Part shown: one piece after another, positions 57,659 through 64,000 of the stretch | How the letters are laid out: each line of letters begins with the position of its first letter | How positions within the stretch are numbered: position 1 is the first letter of the stretch | Origin: Synechococcus sp. | GTDB lineage: Bacteria; Cyanobacteriota; Cyanobacteriia; PCC-6307; Cyanobiaceae | DNA length: 64,000 bases | Assembly: GCA_047285805.1 (NCBI GenBank) | Contig: JBJBCN010000002.1 | Location: forward strand, 1,024,001 to 1,088,000 | Reading direction: 5' to 3' | Translations under genes and position numbers: made by a program | The notes under the pieces: generated by a model | Databases searched by the model: none | Told to the model about the DNA's origin: nothing | What the model saw: the letters and a program-made list of their open reading frames with translations, nothing else

Positions 57659-58984
57659 ATGGCTCCCCAACTGACACTCCAGGCCCCGATCGAGATGGCT
57701 CCCCAGGAGGTCCCGGCCTACCTGAACCGGCTCTGGAGTGACCACCTCAAAGACTCCAGTGGTGCCTCTACCTTCACCCTGGTGGTCTGGGAGCCCTCCT
57801 GGCTGCAGCAGCAGCTGATCCGCACCGGGCGCGCAAAAGGTCCCCTGAGCGGTCTGCTGAACGATGAGCTCCTCGCTGCCGCCCGGCGGGCGAGTGGTGA
57901 ACTGGGGCTCCCCACAGGGACAGCACCCACCGCACCTCAAGTGGCCTGGGCCCTAGGACAAGAAGCCGGTCATCGCCAGGCGGAGGATCTCCGCGGGCAA
58001 TTTGTCGACCGCGCCATCAGTGCCCACCAGCCCAGGCGACTGATCACCCTGGCGCCCACCTTGGCCGCGGACCAGCAGTTGCAATCGATGGTGGCCGCCT
58101 ACTGCCCACTGCCGGAGGAGCGGGGAACCAATAACGATGCCTGTGGCGATGTTGTCGTCCTGCGCGGGGGCATGGGAGCCATGTCCCAGGGCTTGTCGAT
58201 GCTGCAGGAGTTGATCCCCTCGGACCTGCCCTGCTGGGTCTGGTGGAACGGGAGCATGGATGAATCACCCGAGTTGCTGGAGGGATTGGCGACCCTGCCC
58301 CGGCGTCTAGTGGTGGATAGCTCCATCGGCGAGCCCCGGCGCTGCCTCGACCTGCTGGCCCAGCGCATTGCCCTTGGCCAAGCCGTCAATGACCTCAATT
58401 GGCTTCGGCTGCGGACCTGGAGGGAATCGCTCGCGATGGTCTTCGACCCCCCCAACCGCCAAAGCGCCCTGGATCAAGTGGTCCAACTGGACATCGACGT
58501 CGAAGGCCAACACCCGGTGAAGGGACTGCTTCTGGCCGCCTGGATTGCCGATCGGCTCGGCTGGCATCTGGTCGGCAGTTTCTGGGTCGACGGCGCAAGC
58601 CCCGAAGAGCGGGGTGTGGGAGCGGAATTTAAGCGCTCCGATGGTCAAAGCGTGCAGTTCCGGCTGATGCCCGTGCCGGTCGGGGTGAGCAAGGTTCACC
58701 CCGGTGCACTGGTGGGCCTGCGCTTGATCTGTGCCCCGCCCAACCGTTCACCCCTTTGCGTCATCCTCTGCTCTGAGTCGGGCGGCTGCATGCGCCTGGA
58801 GGCCGGTGGTGTCGCCTCGATGGAACTGGCGGAGGAAGTGGTGCCCCTGCCCAACGAGAGTGAGGAGATGGAAATGGCCCGTCTGCTCGGGGGCGGCCAT
58901 GACAGCACCAACCCCTTAATGGCCTCAGCCGTCGCCCTCGCTGCCAAGCTGCTGCCCAGTCAGGAACCCCCATGCCCTGCCTGA
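57659..58984 (+). CDS. opcA: G6PDH assembly/activator protein OpcA
   Basis: Follows zwf; ASTFTLVVWEP, HQPRRLI, AAYCPL, WVWWNG, DLNWLRL..WRE. Confidence 0.93.
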   Translation: MAPQLTLQAPIEMAPQEVPAYLNRLWSDHLKDSSGASTFTLVVWEPSWLQQQLIRTGRAKGPLSGLLNDELLAAARRASGELGLPTGTAPTAPQVAWALGQEAGHRQAEDLRGQFVDRAISAHQPRRLITLAPTLAADQQLQSMVAAYCPLPEERGTNNDACGDVVVLRGGMGAMSQGLSMLQELIPSDLPCWVWWNGSMDESPELLEGLATLPRRLVVDSSIGEPRRCLDLLAQRIALGQAVNDLNWLRLRTWRESLAMVFDPPNRQSALDQVVQLDIDVEGQHPVKGLLLAAWIADRLGWHLVGSFWVDGASPEERGVGAEFKRSDGQSVQFRLMPVPVGVSKVHPGALVGLRLICAPPNRSPLCVILCSESGGCMRLEAGGVASMELAEEVVPLPNESEEMEMARLLGGGHDSTNPLMASAVALAAKLLPSQEPPCPA

Positions 58985-60330
58985 TTGCCGCTCCTGCCAG
59001 CGGCAGCGGGAAGACCCTGGTGAGCCTCGCCCTTGCGGCACTGGCGCGCCGCCGCGGCCTGAGCCTGCAGACATTCAAGGTGGGGCCGGACTATCTGGAC
59101 CCGCAGCTGCTCTCGCTCGCGAGTGGCCGGGCCTGCCGGAACCTCGATGCCCTGCTCTGCGGAGATCCCTGGGTGCAGCAGTCGTTCAAGCGCCATGGTG
59201 CTCAGGCCAATCTCTGCCTGGTGGAGGGGGTAATGGGCCTATTCGATGGCAAAGGTCCCTCGGCCGAAGGGAGCTCGGCCCATGTGGCTTCGCTGTTGCA
59301 CCTGCCCATCGTCCTTGTGGTGGAGGCAAGCCGACAGGCCGGGTCATTAGCCGCCCTGGTGCGCGGCTTCCGGGACCACGATCCAAGCCTGACCATCGCT
59401 GGAGTGGTGCTCAACGGGGTGGGCAGTGCCCGCCATGAGGCGCTGCTGCGGGAGGTCCTGGCCTCGATCGCGATGCCGGTGCTGGGGGCCCTGCCGAGGC
59501 ACACCAGCCTGGAGCTGCCCTCGCGGCACCTGGGTCTGCTACCGGCCCATGAACTCGAGGATGTTCAACTGCACCTGGAGGCCTGGGCGACGCTCGCTGA
59601 AGCGCACCTCGATCTTGAACAGCTGTGGCCCTTGCTCAACGCCCCAGCCCCAGGGGCAGCCGGGCCAGCACCAGCAGCACTGGCGAGCGTCCCCGTCCCG
59701 GTGGCCCTCGCCAGTGACGCCGCCTTTCACTTCCGCTACCCCGAAGCGATCGAGCTACTGGAGCAGAACGGACTAATCGTCGAGACCTGGTCGCCGTTGG
59801 CCGATGAACCCCTACCGCAGGGTTGCCGTGGAGTGATCCTTCCCGGTGGCTATCCCGAGCTGCATGCGGAAACCCTGACGGCGAACTCCCAAAGCCTCGC
59901 CGCCCTTCGGCAGGCGCGGCAGAGGGGCCTACCGATCTACGCGGAATGCGGAGGCTTACTGCTGCTGGGCAAGGGCCTGGAGGACCAGCAGGGTGTCCTG
60001 CATCCGATGGCGGGCCTACTGCGCTTTCAGGCTCGGCGCGGACACCTGAGCCTGGGCTACCGCCAGGCCTCCCCCCGCTGCAATGGCTTGGTGGTGCGCC
60101 AAGGCGAGACCCTCTGGGGCCACGAGTTCCACCGCTGGCAGCTGGATCAGGACAATGCCGCCCAAGCCGCCCTCTGGGACCTAGAGGGCTGGGGCAGCCC
60201 CGCGCGAGCCGAAGGCTGGGGCGATGGCCAACTCCACGCCAGCTGGCTACACCTGCATTGGGGAGGCTGCCCGGCCATCCCCGAGCGCTTTGCCACCACG
60301 GCCCGTCTGGCTACACCCCTTGGTCGCTGA
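58972..60330 (+). CDS. cobB: cobyrinate a,c-diamide synthase
   Basis: APASGSGKT, FKVGPDYLDP, EGVMGLFDG, PSRHLGL, GGYPELH, YAECGG, GHEFH. Confidence 0.94.
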   Translation: MPCLIAAPASGSGKTLVSLALAALARRRGLSLQTFKVGPDYLDPQLLSLASGRACRNLDALLCGDPWVQQSFKRHGAQANLCLVEGVMGLFDGKGPSAEGSSAHVASLLHLPIVLVVEASRQAGSLAALVRGFRDHDPSLTIAGVVLNGVGSARHEALLREVLASIAMPVLGALPRHTSLELPSRHLGLLPAHELEDVQLHLEAWATLAEAHLDLEQLWPLLNAPAPGAAGPAPAALASVPVPVALASDAAFHFRYPEAIELLEQNGLIVETWSPLADEPLPQGCRGVILPGGYPELHAETLTANSQSLAALRQARQRGLPIYAECGGLLLLGKGLEDQQGVLHPMAGLLRFQARRGHLSLGYRQASPRCNGLVVRQGETLWGHEFHRWQLDQDNAAQAALWDLEGWGSPARAEGWGDGQLHASWLHLHWGGCPAIPERFATTARLATPLGR

Positions 60331-60336
60331 TTCCTG

Positions 60337-60939
60337 ATGGCCGAACTTCAGCTTTGGCTCCTACGCCACGGCGCCACCGAATGGGCTGTCAATGGGCGCC
60401 ACACGGGCAGCACCGATCTCCCCCTTCTGCCCGAGGGCGAACGCGAAGCGCAGGCCCTTGCGCCGGTGCTCGCCCAACAGACCTTTGCGGCAGTTCTGAG
60501 CAGCCCACTGCAGCGGGCCCGGCGGACCTGTGAATTGGCTGGTCTAGGCGATCAGGCCCAGATCGAGCCGGACCTGAAGGAATGGGACTACGGCGACTAC
60601 GAGGGACTCACAACCCCCGAAATCCTTACCGACTTCCCCGGTTGGACCATCTTCCGCCACCCCTGCCCCGGTGGCGAGAGCAGCGCGCAAGTTCAGCAGC
60701 GCTGCGAGCGGGTCATTGCGCGCGTCAGCCAAATCGCCAGTGCTGCCGACGCAGTGATCTGCCCGGTGGCGCTCTTCGCCCATGGCCACATCCTGCGCAG
60801 CCTGGCGGGCTGCTGGCTCGGGCGCGGTCCCGCCGGCGGAGCGCAGTTGGCCCTTGGCACAGGCAGCTTCTGCGTCCTGGGATACGAACGGCAAAACCGT
60901 GCCCTGATCCACTGGAACGCACCGGTACTCCAGGCCTGA
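60337..60939 (+). CDS. histidine phosphatase family protein
   Basis: LRHGATEW, SSPLQRARRT, EWDYGDYEG, FAHGH. Confidence 0.92.
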   Translation: MAELQLWLLRHGATEWAVNGRHTGSTDLPLLPEGEREAQALAPVLAQQTFAAVLSSPLQRARRTCELAGLGDQAQIEPDLKEWDYGDYEGLTTPEILTDFPGWTIFRHPCPGGESSAQVQQRCERVIARVSQIASAADAVICPVALFAHGHILRSLAGCWLGRGPAGGAQLALGTGSFCVLGYERQNRALIHWNAPVLQA

Positions 60940-61006
60940 AGCCGCCCGTAGCCGAAAGCCAAAACCCGTGCCAGCTTTAAGACATCAAGCCTTCGCAGGG
61001 GGGTGG

Positions 61007-61426
61007 ATGGAGAAGGGGGACCGATCACAGCGCCAGTCGCGAACGCCGGGCTGGCTGATCGCCGACACGCGGCAACTCAACCGCGGTAACCGCACCACGA
61101 AGGTGCGGCAATGGGTGCGCCAGGAGCAGCGCCACCCCAACCCGAGCGCGCAGCGCATCGAACGCTGGCAACTGCAGGTGCGGGGCCGCGTCCACGGCGT
61201 CGGCTTCAGAGATAGCTGCAGCCGGATGGCGAAGAACCTCGACCTCAGTGGCTGGGTCAGGAATTGCCAGGACGGCTCCGTCGAGGTGCAGGCCGAAGGG
61301 CAGCCCCATCAACTCACGCAATTGCGGCTCTGGTGCGAGCGGGGTCCCAGGGGGGCCGAGGTGCTGAGCGTGAGCCAAAGCCAACTCGCGCCTCAAAAGG
61401 AAGACTGGTTCGAAATTCGCCGCTAG
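61007..61426 (+). CDS. acyP: acylphosphatase with a basic N-terminal extension
   Basis: VRGRVHGVGFR, GWVRN..DGSVEV.AEG, GP..A.V, FEIR. Confidence 0.88.
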   Translation: MEKGDRSQRQSRTPGWLIADTRQLNRGNRTTKVRQWVRQEQRHPNPSAQRIERWQLQVRGRVHGVGFRDSCSRMAKNLDLSGWVRNCQDGSVEVQAEGQPHQLTQLRLWCERGPRGAEVLSVSQSQLAPQKEDWFEIRR

Positions 61427-62113
61427 ATGACCAACGTGACCCTCTGGGCCGAATTGTTGGCCTACGGCATTGGAATCGCCCTCAGCCCCCTCCACATCGG
61501 CCTCTTGCTGTTGATGCTCCTAGGGCCCAAACCGCTGTGGAGAGGGGGGCTCTTGGTGCTGGGCTGGATGCTCACCGTGACCGCCATGGTGGTGGTGCTG
61601 CTGACGGTGGGCCATGGCCTACTGCTGACCATGGAGAAAGGCAGCAGTCATCGCACCGGCCTGGACCTGCTCGCGGCCGGCGCCCTCCTGGCACTAGGTC
61701 TCAACGAACTGCTGGACCAAAGGGAGGAGGGCGCGGAGGCCCCGGGCTGGACCCGTCAGCTCGATCGTTTTTGTGCCATGCCCCTACCCCTGCTCCTGGG
61801 GGTGAGCTCGGCCCTGGAGGTGATCAGTCCCGACGACCTCTTCCTGTTTGCCAAAACCTCCTCAGCACTTTTGGCCGCAGGGCTCACACGTCTTCAGGAG
61901 ACGATCTACACCGGTGCTTTCACCTTGGCGAGCAGCACTGCCTTGCTGTTGCCTTTCCTGGCGGTGTTGATCGGCCGTGAGCAGGTGCTGCCTCTGCTGG
62001 AACGGGGCAAAACCCTGCTCTTCAAGAAGGGGGACCTGCTTGTTGGCGGCGTGAGCTTGGTGCTGGCGAGCTACCTCGGCTGGCAGGGCATCGAAGGCCT
62101 GCAGCTCAGCTAG
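61427..62113 (+). CDS. GAP / Sap-like (DUF2910) membrane transporter
   Basis: GIGIALSP..LLLL N-terminus, about six TMs, SPDDL motif. Confidence 0.7.
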   Translation: MTNVTLWAELLAYGIGIALSPLHIGLLLLMLLGPKPLWRGGLLVLGWMLTVTAMVVVLLTVGHGLLLTMEKGSSHRTGLDLLAAGALLALGLNELLDQREEGAEAPGWTRQLDRFCAMPLPLLLGVSSALEVISPDDLFLFAKTSSALLAAGLTRLQETIYTGAFTLASSTALLLPFLAVLIGREQVLPLLERGKTLLFKKGDLLVGGVSLVLASYLGWQGIEGLQLS

Positions 62114-63566
62114 CGGGCTTCAACCAACGGATCCAGCGCTCGCGCTCCTGGGCCACGCCGCCACTGGTCAAACGGTTGTCGGCAGTCAGCCAGACAGCTT
62201 GAGAGGCGCGACTGACCGCCACATAGACCAATTGACGCCGCAGAATGTCGTCGCTGGGCCAGAAAACATCGCCGGCGATGAAGACCTCGCCAAAGGTGCT
62301 GCCCTGGCTGCGGTGCACCGTCAGCACCGCCGCAGGCCCCAGGGATGCAAAGGCATCGCGCACCAGGAAATAGCGGCGCCAGAGGCTGCGACCCTGTTGC
62401 TTGCCCGCCTCCCGGGCTTGAAGACGCAGGGAACGGAGCACACCATCGAGGCTTTGGCGACCGGCACTGCCCACGGGCGGCAGCAGACGCAGGGTCAACC
62501 GGGTTTCGCCGGCCTCGACGTCGGCATTGAGGGTCTCGATGACGGTTGGGGGCAGGCCATCACCGACTCCGACCCCAAAGTCCGCCAGGTCACAGCGCTC
62601 GGGGGTGACATCACGGACCACCAGTTCGCGATTCGAGCCGAGGAGCATGTCAGGCTCCTCCGCGGCCTCCTCCCCGACCCGGCAGGCCGGCGCCATGACT
62701 GCCGAGCGGGTCATCAGCACTTCCCCTGGCAACACCGGCAGTTGATCCGCCATCTCGCCATGGATGGCGCGGCGCGCCAAGGGGACCAACTGCTCGAGGG
62801 CCCGGTTTGTGTAACAGAGAATCCTGGCGTGATCGGGATTGTCGAGCTGCGCCCCCCGCTTGAGGGCCGCCTGGGCCGCCGCCAGCCATTGGGAGCGGGG
62901 CAGGACCGCGACCCGCCCATGGGGGTCTCGAACCATTCCCAAGGCCGGCGGCTGACGGCAGGGGAGATCACCGCTGCGTAATCCGGTGGCGAGCTGCAGG
63001 ACCGGTCCTTGATGGCGCACCACCTCGCTCAAGCTGGCGTTAACGGAGCGGCCCATCGAAAACACGGGGCTCTCGGGTTCACCCACAGGGGGCAACTGGG
63101 CCGGATCCCCCACAAACACCAAGCGGGTTTTGAAGGGATGGGCGCAGCGCAGGGCAATCTCCAGCAGCGCGCTGTCGACCATCGAGGCCTCATCGATCAG
63201 CACCAAGGAGAGATTTTCTAGCGACCCCGCCGTCTGCTCAGTTTCCTCACAGCGCTCCAGATCCCCCTGGCGTTTGAGCTTCAGCCGCAGCAGGCGATGG
63301 ATCGTGCTCGGATACCAGGTGGGTTGAAGCCCCGCCCAGGCGAGCTGCTGACGCAAGACCCCAACGGCCTTGTGGGTGGGGGCCACCACGGTCCAGCACC
63401 AATCCCGCTGCTCCACCAGGGCCAGCAGGTGGCAGGAGAGGAAGGTCTTCCCGCTTCCAGCGAAACCGCTGAGCACAAATGGGGTGCCGTCGTAGGAGGC
63501 CTTGAGCCACTGCTCAAACGCCTCGGCCGCCGCCGTTTGGCCGCTGGTCAGGCCCCCCTCAGCCAA
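62106..63566 (-). CDS. SF1B RecD2/Dda-like ATP-dependent DNA helicase
   Basis: SGFAGSGKT, APTHKA, STIHRLL, IDEASM, GDPAQLPPV, TVHRSQGSTF, YVAVSRA. Confidence 0.92.
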   Translation of the reverse strand: MAEGGLTSGQTAAAEAFEQWLKASYDGTPFVLSGFAGSGKTFLSCHLLALVEQRDWCWTVVAPTHKAVGVLRQQLAWAGLQPTWYPSTIHRLLRLKLKRQGDLERCEETEQTAGSLENLSLVLIDEASMVDSALLEIALRCAHPFKTRLVFVGDPAQLPPVGEPESPVFSMGRSVNASLSEVVRHQGPVLQLATGLRSGDLPCRQPPALGMVRDPHGRVAVLPRSQWLAAAQAALKRGAQLDNPDHARILCYTNRALEQLVPLARRAIHGEMADQLPVLPGEVLMTRSAVMAPACRVGEEAAEEPDMLLGSNRELVVRDVTPERCDLADFGVGVGDGLPPTVIETLNADVEAGETRLTLRLLPPVGSAGRQSLDGVLRSLRLQAREAGKQQGRSLWRRYFLVRDAFASLGPAAVLTVHRSQGSTFGEVFIAGDVFWPSDDILRRQLVYVAVSRASQAVWLTADNRLTSGGVAQERERWIRWLKPAS

Positions 63567-64000
63567 TCGCCATCAAGCCCCAGTGTTGGGCCAGGGTGAG
63601 CGGGGAGCCCACGAGCACCAGCCCCGGCAGGGAGACGAGCGGACCAATCAGGCTGCCGACAAGAACCTCCAAAGGAGTGTGGCCCAACTTCTCCTTGAGT
63701 GGAGTCTGCTCGTCTGAGGCCTCACTCAAGGCATTCACTCGGGCTGCCGTAAGGCCCGCGGAGTAGCGGACATGCGAAGCGTCGTAGAGGACGACAAAAC
63801 ACATAGTCGCCGCAAGGGCAAAGAGTCCTGAATCAAAGCCCTGCTGCCAGCCCAAAGCGGCGGCCGTGCCGGTCAGCAGGGCCGAATGGCTGGAGGGCAT
63901 TCCACCGGTCTCGACGAGCACTTTCGGGTTCCAGCGGCGATGGACCACGAGCTCAATCACCAGCTTGGAGAATTGGGCAGTGCCGCAGGCGGCGAGACCC
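63559..64000 (-). CDS. divergent PAP2 (DUF212) family protein; 5' end lies outside the window
   Basis: AQFSK, ETGGMPSSHSA, VVLYDA..VR, LKEKLGHTPLEV. Confidence 0.9.
   Translation of the reverse strand, partial: GLAACGTAQFSKLVIELVVHRRWNPKVLVETGGMPSSHSALLTGTAAALGWQQGFDSGLFALAATMCFVVLYDASHVRYSAGLTAARVNALSEASDEQTPLKEKLGHTPLEVLVGSLIGPLVSLPGLVLVGSPLTLAQHWGLMAIG

Noticed and set aside
62106..63566. RecD2/Dda-like helicase as a phage or defence gene
   Set aside because: It overlaps the core DUF212 gene, matches host composition and has no mobile or defence neighbours

Overview
GC-rich chromosomal segment from a picocyanobacterium (Synechococcus/Cyanobium/Vulcanococcus group, judged from 16S/ITS layout and gene order). 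It is mostly core genome: an ABC exporter, two LCP proteins, ugd and a UDP-glucuronate epimerase, psbP, recR-lipA, a long minus-strand lysA-cdaA-uppS-bioB-trhO-GST/DUF952-GNAT-DUF429-DUF1622 run, rimI-clpC, a complete minus-strand rrn operon (16S-tRNA-Ile-tRNA-Ala-23S-5S), gap1, cdsA-cbiT, a group 2 sigma factor, malQ, bciB, prs, pepN, sasA, tRNA-Glu, petH-zwf-opcA-cobB and a RecD2-like helicase. Five decayed envelope/transport genes (FUSC, TolC, AEC, CDF, glycine zipper) sit in three small patches. I saw no integrase, transposase, prophage, CRISPR array or recognisable defence system. The best leads are a K-box/Rre1-like site at identical promoter spacing upstream of clpC and of an unknown gene-gap1 pair, a GST-DUF952 (ADP-ribosyltransferase-like fold) fusion in an RNA-related operon, an orphan CpcS-like lyase divergent from sasA, a P-loop-less BioD-like protein and a duplicated GNRA hairpin in the rrn leader. 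All product calls come from motif recognition by eye; no searches were run.
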